DNA from: a virus | Reading direction: 5' to 3' (one strand) | DNA length: 40,118 nt | Virus genome (UHGV): UHGV-0211833 | Notes under the pieces: generated by a model | What the model was told of the DNA's origin: nothing | What the model saw: the letters and a program-made list of their open reading frames with translations, nothing else | The model's database searches: none | In this document: in pieces, positions 23,892 through 34,100 of the stretch | Position numbering within the stretch: position 1 is the first letter of the stretch | Layout: each line of letters begins with the position of its first letter | Program-made: the position numbers and the translations under genes

Positions 23892-25564
23892 TTCACAATC
23901 AATACGTTGATGAATATATCGATGATTACAAAAGCGGAAAAATACTGCTCAATGATGAACGCAAGAAACTGATTAAGCTGCTTGAAGAAGATGTCTTGCA
24001 GAGAGATGTCTACTTTGATGAAAGACGTATCACGAATTGTATCAAATTCATCGAGAAGTGGTATTTCCCGTTACAACCTTTTCAAAAATTCATCATTGCA
24101 TTCATGTTCTTACGTTGCAAAGGCTCTGACGAATTGTTCTATTCGGACTATTTAATCCTCATGGGAAGAGGCGCCGGAAAAAACGGACTCATATCGGGTA
24201 TAACAAATTTTTTACTGTCTGACCTTAACGGGATACCGAATTACAACGTTTCCGTAATTGCTAACAGTGAAGACCAAGCCAAAACTTCAGTGAAGGAAGT
24301 ATACGACGCAATTGAACGTTCTGACGTGCTGAAAAAGGTATTCAAAAACAACATCGCTGAAATATCGAGCAAAACAAACGGTTCAGCGTTCGCATACAGA
24401 ACCTCTAACGGAAGTACAAAAGACGGTTTGCGAGACGGAATGGTTATTTTCGATGAAATACATCAGTACGAATCAAACAAAAACGTCAAGGTTCACGAAT
24501 CTGGTTTAGGCAAGACTCCGGACTCACGGGAAGTAAAAATCGGTTCTGACGGTTATGTGAGGGATGGCTATCTTGATAAACAAAAAGAAATAGCCAATCA
24601 CGTTCTCAATGGTGAAGTTCCGGCCGATACCATGTTCCCGTTCATCTGTAAATTGAACAAGCGTGAAGATGTCAATGATCCAAAAAACTGGCAGATGGCT
24701 AATCCGATGTTGTGCGAGCCTATGTCAGATTACGGACATCAGCTTTTCAGCAGAATCAAGAAAGACTTCAGGAAGTTAGTCTTTGAACCCTCTATGACTG
24801 ACGAATTCATGACTAAACGAATGAATATGCCGGCTGAAAACCTTGAACGTTCAGTAGCGCCTTATGACGAAATCAAAGCGACCAACGTTCCGTTGCCTGA
24901 TTTGGAAGGCAGAGAGTGCATAGGAGCGGTCGATTTCGCTTCGATACGAGATTTTACCGCTTGCGGTTTGTCTTTTTTAAGAGACGGCAAATACTGCTAT
25001 ATCCACCATAGCTTCGCAAGAAAAGAATTTGTGGGAAAGATTTACGGATATGGCAGGAAAGCTGATCTGCAGATGAAGAAGGTTGTTGCTCCGATTGCTG
25101 ACTGGGAAAAGCAAGGCCTTGTAACAGTAGTGAACGCCAATACCATTCAGCCGCAACTGATTGTTGAGTGGTTTGTGAAGATGAGAGAAAAATACATGAT
25201 CAAGAAAGTAATCATGGATAACTTCAGAGCGGAGCTGCTAAGAAAATGTTTTGAAGACGCCGGCTTTGAAGTCGAAGTCATCAGAAATCCTAGAGCTATC
25301 TCGGCTTTGCTCGCCCCGCGTATCGAAGACGGGTTTGCTAATCATCGTTTTGTTTGGGGCGACGACCCGATGATGAGGTGGTACACAAACAACGTTGAAG
25401 TGAAGATCGACAAAACCGGCAACAAGTCTTACGAGAAAAAAGAACAATTCAGACGCAAAACTGATGGGTTTATGGCTTTTCTGTACACGATGTACCGTGC
25501 TGACGAATTACAAGACATCGATGTGGAGAAAGAACTGAATGACATCATAGCGCTTAATTTTTAA
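23888..25564 (+). CDS. terL: Terminase large subunit
   Basis: GRGAGKNG Walker A, VIFDEIH Walker B, W..ANP, DFAS.RD, RKTDG nuclease motifs. Confidence 0.95.
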   Translation: MIHNQYVDEYIDDYKSGKILLNDERKKLIKLLEEDVLQRDVYFDERRITNCIKFIEKWYFPLQPFQKFIIAFMFLRCKGSDELFYSDYLILMGRGAGKNGLISGITNFLLSDLNGIPNYNVSVIANSEDQAKTSVKEVYDAIERSDVLKKVFKNNIAEISSKTNGSAFAYRTSNGSTKDGLRDGMVIFDEIHQYESNKNVKVHESGLGKTPDSREVKIGSDGYVRDGYLDKQKEIANHVLNGEVPADTMFPFICKLNKREDVNDPKNWQMANPMLCEPMSDYGHQLFSRIKKDFRKLVFEPSMTDEFMTKRMNMPAENLERSVAPYDEIKATNVPLPDLEGRECIGAVDFASIRDFTACGLSFLRDGKYCYIHHSFARKEFVGKIYGYGRKADLQMKKVVAPIADWEKQGLVTVVNANTIQPQLIVEWFVKMREKYMIKKVIMDNFRAELLRKCFEDAGFEVEVIRNPRAISALLAPRIEDGFANHRFVWGDDPMMRWYTNNVEVKIDKTGNKSYEKKEQFRRKTDGFMAFLYTMYRADELQDIDVEKELNDIIALNF

Positions 25565-25583
25565 GAAGGTGGTGAACAGATGA

Positions 25584-26690
25584 ATGTTTAGTTTCAAAAA
25601 GGCGAAAGGTGGCTATCCCGACTTCGATTTTATTGCTGATGACGATGCAGGGCAAAGAGCGTATTTAAAAAGAGTGGCTCTTGACGCTGGAGTCAACTTC
25701 ATTGCAAGACGCCTTGCACAAGCAACCTTCAAACACAAGAAGAATGGGAAATTTCTCCAAGATGAAGTCTGGTACAGACTGAACGCCTGTCCGAATCAAA
25801 ACCAAACTAAGACGCAGTTTTGGGAAAAGGCAATGCACGAACTTCTTTATGAAGGAGAATGCCTGATCATTTCAACTGATACGGGCGACTTGCTTGTTGC
25901 AGATAGCTTCGTTCACAACGACCGGTACGCAGTATACGAAGACAAATTCAAGGGAGTATCAGTAAACGGGTACACATTCCAAAGAGATTTTGCCATGTCT
26001 GACGTAGTCTATCTGAATTATCAGAACCCTCGCTTGTCTGCTTACACTGATAGCCTTTTCCAAGACTATGGCGCTATGTTAGGGCGCATGATTTCGGCCA
26101 ACATGAGAAATCATCAAATCAGAAGTACGTTGTCGATGGATGCAATGGATAGCATGAAGGAAGAACAGAGAAATGCATTGCAAAAGTACATTGATAAGAT
26201 TTTCCAAGCCTTCTCAAAAAAGGATGTGGCAATCGTGCCTGTCCTTCGCGGTATGGAATACAACGAACTGACAAACTCTAGTAATACAACAAAAAGCCAG
26301 TCTTTCACTGATATTTCCGACTTGCGGAAAGATGCAATCAAGACGGTTGCTGACATTTTAGGTATTCCAGAAGTGCTGCTTACAGAAACTACTTCTGATG
26401 TTTCCAACACGGAATCGTTCTTCGACAACGGGACGCTGTCATATTTTTACGGACTTATAAGCGATGAATTAAACGCAAAATTAGTTTCTTCTTATGCTTA
26501 CCGTAAGGGAGAACGGATAGAAATAGTCGGGAGAAATGCTCCTGATATGTTCAGACTTGCCGACACAATCGACAAGTTGGTTTCCTCTGGAACAGTGACA
26601 CGCAATGAAATCAGAGAACGCTTAGGACTCGAAAAAGGCGGCTCTGAGCTTGATGAATTCTACATTACTAAGAATTACGAAAGGGGGTGA
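25584..26690 (+). CDS. Portal protein (HK97 type)
   Basis: LN..PN.NQT...FW, VA..LGIP, NEIRE.LG motifs. Confidence 0.92.
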   Translation: MFSFKKAKGGYPDFDFIADDDAGQRAYLKRVALDAGVNFIARRLAQATFKHKKNGKFLQDEVWYRLNACPNQNQTKTQFWEKAMHELLYEGECLIISTDTGDLLVADSFVHNDRYAVYEDKFKGVSVNGYTFQRDFAMSDVVYLNYQNPRLSAYTDSLFQDYGAMLGRMISANMRNHQIRSTLSMDAMDSMKEEQRNALQKYIDKIFQAFSKKDVAIVPVLRGMEYNELTNSSNTTKSQSFTDISDLRKDAIKTVADILGIPEVLLTETTSDVSNTESFFDNGTLSYFYGLISDELNAKLVSSYAYRKGERIEIVGRNAPDMFRLADTIDKLVSSGTVTRNEIRERLGLEKGGSELDEFYITKNYERG

Positions 26691-26694
26691 TTAT

Positions 26695-27351
26695 ATGACA
26701 GTTTTGAATCTTAATGGTTCGGTTGTGACTGATGAAGACAAATGGTTTTACGACTTCCTGGAAATTCCGTCAATCTCGCCAAGCGACTTGACGCAAGCAC
26801 TTGAATCAGATGAAGAGATTGTTCTTAACGTCAATTCTCCAGGCGGAGCTGTGTCGGCAGGGCAAGAAATTTACACCAAGCTTCTGCAAGCACCGCAAAA
26901 CATTGTTGTGAATATTGTTGGCCAAGCGTGTTCAGCGGCTTCTCTTTTTATCATGGCGGCTGACCAAATCAACATTTCACCAGTCGGTCAAATTATGATC
27001 CACAACGTTTCCACAACTCAATCGGGGAATAAGGGGGACATGTCGAAAATGGCTGACACGTTGAGCCTATTTGACAGCTCTCTTGCCAACGCTTACGTGA
27101 AGCGTACTGGAATGGCAAAAGAAGAAGTTTTGGACTTGATGAACAAAGAAACGTGGCTTGACGCTGACAAAGCTCTTGAACTGGGCTTTGCCGATGGCGT
27201 CATCGGTTCAGAGGATGTCGAACTCGTGGCAAGCGTGGTGCCTGTTTTTTCACACTCCAAGATTGAAAAGTTGAAAGGCCTTTTGAACGGTTCTAAGACT
27301 TCTGATGGTAAAAACAATGAAAATTATTTCAAAAAATACGGAGGATTGTAA
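26695..27351 (+). CDS. ClpP-like head maturation protease
   Basis: NSPGG, ACSAAS, MIHN, ETWL.A..A...GFAD. Confidence 0.92.
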   Translation: MTVLNLNGSVVTDEDKWFYDFLEIPSISPSDLTQALESDEEIVLNVNSPGGAVSAGQEIYTKLLQAPQNIVVNIVGQACSAASLFIMAADQINISPVGQIMIHNVSTTQSGNKGDMSKMADTLSLFDSSLANAYVKRTGMAKEEVLDLMNKETWLDADKALELGFADGVIGSEDVELVASVVPVFSHSKIEKLKGLLNGSKTSDGKNNENYFKKYGGL

Positions 27352-27352
27352 T

Positions 27353-28498
27353 ATGTTCAATGTTAATAAATTAACGAATTTCGTTGCAAAACGCAGTGAA
27401 TTTGCAAATGTAGTCAAAAACGGCAAGGCGACAGAAGAAGAATCCGCAAAAGCATACGAAGAAATGATGGATGCATTGGGTTCCGACCTTACCGACTACA
27501 TCGACAGCAAGATGAAATTGGTCGAAGCAGCACCAATCAACGATGGTATGACCAATGAAGAGCGTGAATTCTTCAACGCAATTGCTAACGGCGATTTGTC
27601 GCACGGCACAAAGCAAGAGGTTGTTCTTCCCGAAACAACAGTAGATGAAATTTTTGAAGATATGGTTAAGGAACACCCGTTCTTGCAAATTATCGGCTTG
27701 AAGAACGCCGGCTTGCGTTTAAAGTTTCTCGAATCCGATGCTCAAGGCACTGCCGTATGGGGCAAAATTTACGGTGACATCAAAGGCCAACTCACGGCAA
27801 CGTTTGATGAAACAGACGCAACTCAATCCAAACTCACTGCTTTTGTGGCTATTCCAAACGATGTGGTCGAATACGGTGCTAATTGGGTCAAGACGATTGT
27901 TTCAACACAGATTCAAGAAGCTTTCGCAAACGCTCTGGAATCAGCTTTCATCACAGGTGACGGCAACGATAAGCCGATTGGCCTTACTCGCGATGTTCAC
28001 ACTGGCGTTTCCGTTACAGCCGGTGCATATCCTGAAAAGACGTCAACAGGCAAATTGACATTTGCCGATGCTGAAACTTCTGCCAAAGAGCTTGCCGGAG
28101 TTATCAAAGCTCTTTCCAAAAAGGAAAACGGTAAATCCTTTGTTGCAAGAGGCAAGACAGTTCTCTTGGTAGAGCCTGGCACATCGCTTGACATTGAAGC
28201 AGCTATGACGGTTCAAAACGTCAACGGACAATGGGTTTACGCTTTGCCATACGGTATCAACATCGTTGAATCAGAATACGTTCCTACAGGCAAGCTGATT
28301 GCTTTTGTTCCTAATCGATACGATGCTTACGTTGCCGGCAACGTTGTAATCAAAGAGTATGACCAAGCTCTCGCAATTGAAGACGGTCGTTTGTACACTG
28401 CAAAGCGTTTCGCATACGGCAAGGCAAAAGACAACACTGCCGCACTCGTTTACACGGTTGATACTTCCAAAGCAAGCGCTTCGGTATCGCAAAAGTAG
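27353..28498 (+). CDS. Major capsid protein (HK97 fold)
   Basis: P.T..DEIFED....HP.L, LE.AFI.GDG.DKPIG, YGKAKDN. Confidence 0.93.
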   Translation: MFNVNKLTNFVAKRSEFANVVKNGKATEEESAKAYEEMMDALGSDLTDYIDSKMKLVEAAPINDGMTNEEREFFNAIANGDLSHGTKQEVVLPETTVDEIFEDMVKEHPFLQIIGLKNAGLRLKFLESDAQGTAVWGKIYGDIKGQLTATFDETDATQSKLTAFVAIPNDVVEYGANWVKTIVSTQIQEAFANALESAFITGDGNDKPIGLTRDVHTGVSVTAGAYPEKTSTGKLTFADAETSAKELAGVIKALSKKENGKSFVARGKTVLLVEPGTSLDIEAAMTVQNVNGQWVYALPYGINIVESEYVPTGKLIAFVPNRYDAYVAGNVVIKEYDQALAIEDGRLYTAKRFAYGKAKDNTAALVYTVDTSKASASVSQK

Positions 28499-28507
28499 TG
28501 ACCGCTT

Positions 28508-28789
28508 ATGACAGTGAAATTGGAAGACGTCAAGGAGCACTTGCACATTTTCCATTCTGTTGAAGATAATTATTTGACTCGATTACTCACGCAGTCTCAA
28601 CAGGCTATCACTCAACAAACAGGGGTTGATACAGGCGAATTGTACGATGAGCTTGTAGTGAACCGTGTCAGGTACGCTTACGAAGGCGAACTTGATAAGT
28701 TTGTGAGCCGATTCCAAACGGACTTGCTGACACTTGCCGTATCGAACTTGAAAGACGAGGGTGATGATGATGAGCAAAAGCAAGCATAA
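28508..28789 (+). CDS. Head-tail connector (gp6-like)
   Basis: LEDVKEHL.I....ED..L, synteny. Confidence 0.8.
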   Translation: MTVKLEDVKEHLHIFHSVEDNYLTRLLTQSQQAITQQTGVDTGELYDELVVNRVRYAYEGELDKFVSRFQTDLLTLAVSNLKDEGDDDEQKQA

Positions 28790-29126
28790 AGTTGGCGACT
28801 ACAGAACACCAGTGGTTTTTTACGGTCTTGCCGATGATGACTTCTCGCCTGAACCTAATTCTGAAAGCAAAACGGAAAGTTTCAAATGCTTAGCACTATG
28901 CTATTCTCCGTCTGCCAAAGATTACGTAATCATGAATGCTCATTCCGTAACGGAGGGCGTGACGATTGTCATTCCTGATACAAGAGGCGAGTTTGTCCCC
29001 GACGTGTCAATGACCGTTAAAATCGAGGATTATCGGTTTAAAAACACTGAATGGAACGTGTTGGAAGTAGTTCCTGATCTAGAAGAAAATAAATATATCA
29101 AAGTGGTATTGGGGGCGGTTGGATGA
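28770..29126 (+). CDS. Head closure / head-tail adaptor
   Basis: GD.RTPV.F, synteny. Confidence 0.7.
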   Translation: MSKSKHKVGDYRTPVVFYGLADDDFSPEPNSESKTESFKCLALCYSPSAKDYVIMNAHSVTEGVTIVIPDTRGEFVPDVSMTVKIEDYRFKNTEWNVLEVVPDLEENKYIKVVLGAVG

Positions 29127-29563
29127 GCAAAGATATCTATTCCGGCCAGTGCGTGTCCGTTTCGATCCAGGGAGTTGACGAAGTAATCAAAGCCCTTGAA
29201 TCGCAGTATTCACAGAAGAAAGTAACTAGGGCTGAACGCAAGGCAATGGAACTTTCTGGCCGATATGTGAAAGACCATATCAACCACAACATCGTTGGAT
29301 ATAAGCGAACCGGTGCTACTGTTCGTGAACTTATCGCTGAAAAACCCCGGCGCAGAGCGGGGCAAATGACCGCAAAAATCGGTTGGAACGGCAAAGGCAC
29401 TTATCAACGTTGGCGCCTGGTTCACTTGAACGAATGGGGATATATGCGAAACGGGAAACACATTAACCCTCGTGGCGTGGGAGCTATTCGCAAGGCAGTT
29501 GAAGGTTCGCTTAAGGAAGCTGCAGAAATGCAGTTTAGGATTTTGAAAGAAACGTTGGGGTGA
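29123..29563 (+). CDS. HK97 gp10-like tail completion protein
   Basis: TGAT..E, IGW, RWRLVHLNEWGY, PRG.G. Confidence 0.75.
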   Translation: MSKDIYSGQCVSVSIQGVDEVIKALESQYSQKKVTRAERKAMELSGRYVKDHINHNIVGYKRTGATVRELIAEKPRRRAGQMTAKIGWNGKGTYQRWRLVHLNEWGYMRNGKHINPRGVGAIRKAVEGSLKEAAEMQFRILKETLG

Positions 29564-29567
29564 TTAC

Positions 29568-29936
29568 ATGCGTGACTTGATTGGGGAAATCGGCACGAAA
29601 CTTCATGCAAGGCTTCCTCCAACGATAAAAATTTGTTATTACCGTACTCCTGACGGCATTTACGATACGCTGGTTTTGATCAGACCTTATGAGGTGGAAC
29701 GGTCCGCCTTGTCGGCGAGCAACAAGTCTTTGCAGACTGCCGTTACTTTCCAGATTGATGTGCAATCAACTAACAGAATGGTTTGCAGAGAAACACAAGC
29801 GACCATTGAAGAAACCCTAAAAGAACTTGGGTATTATAGATTGAACGGTCAAGAACTCGATGATTACTTGGATAACAAGCATTACGTTCTTGCTTACCGT
29901 TACAAAATGAAAACAAAACTATATGAGGTGATATAA
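29568..29936 (+). CDS. Tail terminator protein
   Basis: FQIDVQS, synteny before the major tail protein. Confidence 0.7.
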   Translation: MRDLIGEIGTKLHARLPPTIKICYYRTPDGIYDTLVLIRPYEVERSALSASNKSLQTAVTFQIDVQSTNRMVCRETQATIEETLKELGYYRLNGQELDDYLDNKHYVLAYRYKMKTKLYEVI

Positions 29937-30575
29937 ATGGCTATTAACATCGGTTTTAAACGTTTGACCATTCAGCCTTTTAAGAAAGGCAAGTTTCCGC
30001 TTGAAAAAGACGGGGAAGCAATCGTCATTGAAGGCAAAGCTGATAACGGTGGTATGGTTTCTGCAGAACTTTCAGGTATCGCCAAGGAAGCTAAGACTGT
30101 TTCCGCATCTAACACAGGCTACTATATTTCCCGTAAGGGTGTAGGCGAGCCTAAGGTAGAATTCGAAGTACTCGACCTTCCAGTAACGGCAGAAACAAAA
30201 ATTCTCGGTCGCACGCAATCGGAAAAGGGCGTTCAGTACACTGGCGAATCAACAGAAGCTCCGTATTGCGCAATCTTGATGGAATCAAACAACGCTAGTG
30301 GCGACGTTGCGTTTGTCGGTATGTTCTATGGTGTGTTCTCACTCGATGCACTTTCCCTCAAAACAGAAGAAGTCGGTGCAGACTTTGAACCTGAAAATGA
30401 AAAGCTGACGTTCACGGCGGCGGCAAATCCAACAACTGGTGATTACCAAGGCATGTACATGGCTAAATATGCTGGCAAGGACACAGAAGCAATCAAAGAG
30501 ATTAAGGATAATGTTCTGCTTGCGTCTGTAGTAGCATCGTCACAAGACCCTGGTCACACAGGAGAACAACATTAA
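29937..30575 (+). CDS. Major tail protein (phi13 family)
   Basis: GFKR, ASN..YY....GVG, APYCAILMES. Confidence 0.88.
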   Translation: MAINIGFKRLTIQPFKKGKFPLEKDGEAIVIEGKADNGGMVSAELSGIAKEAKTVSASNTGYYISRKGVGEPKVEFEVLDLPVTAETKILGRTQSEKGVQYTGESTEAPYCAILMESNNASGDVAFVGMFYGVFSLDALSLKTEEVGADFEPENEKLTFTAAANPTTGDYQGMYMAKYAGKDTEAIKEIKDNVLLASVVASSQDPGHTGEQH

Positions 30576-30588
30576 GATAAAAAACAGG

Positions 30589-30621
30589 AAGTGGAGTGGA
30601 TTATTCCGCTCTGCTTTTTTT
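30589..30621 (+). terminator. Terminator after the major tail gene
   Basis: GGAGTGGA-TTAT-TCCGCTCT plus T7. Confidence 0.7.
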
Positions 30622-30635
30622 GAGGAGATAAAAAT

Positions 30636-30947
30636 ATGATTAAAATTAAACTTTATGACGGAGATAAGAAAAAAGTTGTCACGCACACTGCCCGTTGGGT
30701 ATCTACAAGAAAACTGCTCGAAGGTTTAGACGTTGACGGGGCGGATTATGATACTGCTTCAGAACGTATCAACGCTGAAATCGCTTTTGTAGCAAGTATT
30801 TTTGATGATGTAACCGCTGATGACATTTTAGACGGGGTAAACGCTGATAAGCTTCAGAAGTTTTTGCAAGACTTTTATTCGCAACTTTTTGGTGGAGAAG
30901 ATGAAGGCGCAAAAAAAGCGCAAAACCGCTCACGAACGAAGAACTAA
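30636..30947 (+). CDS. Tail assembly chaperone (gpG)
   Basis: Between the major tail protein and tape measure genes, F.ASIF...T.DDILDG. Confidence 0.8.
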   Translation: MIKIKLYDGDKKKVVTHTARWVSTRKLLEGLDVDGADYDTASERINAEIAFVASIFDDVTADDILDGVNADKLQKFLQDFYSQLFGGEDEGAKKAQNRSRTKN

Positions 30948-31114
30948 AAGAGAAGATTTGGGATTACGTGAGATCGATAGTTCTCAATCTCAACATTTCC
31001 TTGAACGATGTATTAGACAGTGATTTTGAAGGCATGCTGAAAATCACGTCAAGTGAGCGGAAAAAACCTAAAAAGCAAATCAGTTTATTTGAATTTATAG
31101 AGAAAGGAGAATGA
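30636..31114 (+). CDS. Tail chaperone gpGT via programmed -1 frameshift
   Basis: GCA AAA AAA G slippery site at 30909-30918. The -1 frame is open to TGA 31114 (...ISLNDVLDSDFE...SLFEFI). Confidence 0.8.
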
Positions 31115-34100
31115 GTATGGCGGAAAGAGTTTTAGGACAAGTTGCCGTTGAAATGGATTTAAAAAATCAGAAATTCATGACGAGTATTCGGAACACCACA
31201 GCGGCTTTAAGACAAGTCAAGTCTGAAATGCGAGCGAACGCATCGCAAATAGCTTTCTATGGCAGTGCTTTTAGCAATGCTGCTATGAAGGAAGAAGCTT
31301 TCAGGGCCAAGCAACAGGGACTCATAAGAGAACTCCAAGCGCAAGAAAACCAAATGAGAGTGCTGCAAAGGCAATTCAACAACTCCATAACCAAGCAGGG
31401 CGAATGGTCGTTGGCCACAGGCAAGTACGCAACGCAAATCAACAACCTTACTTCAAGAATGTATGATTTGAAAACGGCATACGTCGAAAACGCAAAAGGA
31501 ATGGCCAAAATGCGAGCCGAAACCATGGGAGTATCTGGTGCGATAAACAAGGTCGGCAAAGCAAGCATTTCAGTCGGTTCTTCTCTTCGCAGTATCGGTA
31601 GCACGATGACACAAGGTGTTACTGTACCGATTGCGGCCGGATTTGCTTACGCTGCCAAAAAGGTCATAGCTTTCGACAACACGATGAACGAAAACAAGAA
31701 CCTTATCAGAGCCGCCGGTGAAGGCGCACGGGAGACGTCAGAAAACGTCAAGAAGATGGCAGAAAACGCTGAAGTGTACTCGAACAAGTATGGTATCAGC
31801 CAACAAAAGATCGCCAACGGATATCAAGACTTAATCAAACGAGGGTACACAAGCAAGCAAGCCTTGGGATCCATGAACAATGAGCTTAAAGCGTCGATTG
31901 CCACGGGTGATTCATTCTCCGACGTCGTAAAAGTGGCCAGCCAGACAATTGAATCTTTCGGCATGAGAACCAGTTCCACCAAAGGAATGGTTAGCGCCAC
32001 AAACAAGGTGCTTAACCAATTAGCTTACGCTTCTGACCTTACGTCTACCACGTTCCAAGATACCGGTGTAGCCATGAGTTACGTTGGTGCTTCTGCTCAT
32101 CAAGCAGGTTTCAAACTATCTGAAACCGCAGCGGCAATCGGTATTCTTTCCAACAACGGTTTGGAAGCTGACAAAGCCGGTACTGGATTGCGCAAAACGA
32201 TTATTAGCCTTAATCAAGCCGCTTCTAAAATTGATTCCAAAAATTCGGTTCTTGCCAAACTTGGTGTTAAAAAAGAAGAAATTGTCGATTCCAACGGCAA
32301 GTTGAAAGATTTGGCAACTATTCTTGATGTAATCAACAAACATATCAAAGAAAGTAAAAAGGGAGAAGTTGACAAAGGCCAGGTGTTCCAATCGTTATTC
32401 GGCACCACGGGTAGGCAAGCCGGTACGATCTTAGCTGAAAATACTTCCCAACTAAGGAAACTGTCAGCAGAAGTTCAAAGCTCTACTTCACAAGATTATA
32501 TCGGTAAGTTGAGCAGAAACAACTTGAAGTCTGCACAGAATCAAATCAAAATCTTCAGACAACAGATAACGAACGCCGGCATGGATGCGGCAAGAATTTT
32601 GTTGCCTTACGTGACGAAATTCATCAAAGGCGCTGAAGATGTTCTCAAAGCATTCAACAAACTTTCTGACGGTCAAAAACAAGCCGTTGTCAACATTGCA
32701 CTTACCGCCGCAGCACTTGGACCACTCTCAATCGCATTAGGCTCTGTACTTGGTGTCATGGGTAAAGTCGCAACGGGGTCGGTCAACCTGTTTTCTAAAA
32801 TATCTCAATGGCACGCCGCACGGAAGGCATTCCAAGAAATCAGCGTAGCCGGTGAAGGAGCAAGCGGTATTCTAGCCAAGGTAGGCGCAAAGGCGCTTGG
32901 AACAGGAGCGAACATCGGTAAAATGGGCGCAACAGTAGGCGCAACGGAAGGCGCTTTGACAACCGCAACTGGTGGTGTATCAGGCTTGACCGCAGCGACA
33001 TCACTTCTCAACCCGGCAGTATTAGCTGCAGTCGTGGCCGTCGGGGGCGGAACACTGGCTTATGAGCTTTGGGGCAAAAAAGCGATTGAATCGGCAGACC
33101 GCACAAAAAGATGGGGGACGAGTGTTGATAAATCCACCGATGAATCGGCCACCTCTTTTAAGAAGTGGAGCACGGACGCAACACTGGCGCTCAATGACAC
33201 CGCATCGAATACCAACAAGAACGCTGCTGACATTACAAACGCTTTTAACGGCATGACGAAAGCAGTCGAGCATTCTGCCAAAAAACACCAAAAAGCCATC
33301 GAAGAATGGGCAAAGAGTTTTGGAAATTCAAAGGTTTCGGAAGCGGTCTTAGAAGAGGCTGATAAAGAAAGCAAAGCAATGAACAAGCACGTTGCCAAAG
33401 TGCAATCGTACAACAAACAGATCCAGGAAATTGTTCAAAGAGCAAAAGAAAAGCATGTCAAAATTACCGATGACGAGCGTGTTCAAATTGCCGCTCTTCA
33501 ACAAAAAATGACTGAAGAACAAGTTAAACTGCTCAATGTTTCAAAAAGTAAAAAAGCGCTGATTTTAAAGGCTGAATTATCGCAAGCAAATGAATTAACT
33601 TCAAAAGAATTATCCAGAGTAGTACAGACTACTGCAGATTCACTTGAAAAAGAAAGGCAAGTTTATGCAAAGCAACAGGCGGAAATCAAGCAAGGCTTGA
33701 AGAACAAAAAGCTTACTCAAGCTGAAGCCAATGCTGCTCTTGAAGCACTTCAAAAGGACCACAACAGCAAAATGAACGCTTACGGCATCGCTTTTATCAA
33801 CGCCGAAAAACAAAAGGGATATAGCAAAAAACAAATCATGCAGGACATGCTTGCTAACACTAAGATGAGTTGGGGACAAATCGAAAAAGTGTATAACAAT
33901 TATGAATCCAAAAGCAAAAAACTGAACGCTGTATCGATCGATACCACCCAAAGCATGAGCAAGCAAACAAAGAAGTTTGCAAGCGAATGGAACAGTCTTG
34001 TAATCAATCCCAAAACGCTGAAACTAAAGAGTAACGCCGTTGAGGAAGTGACAAAAGCCATAAAATCAAAAGAAACGTGGAATAAAATCAAATTCCTTGA

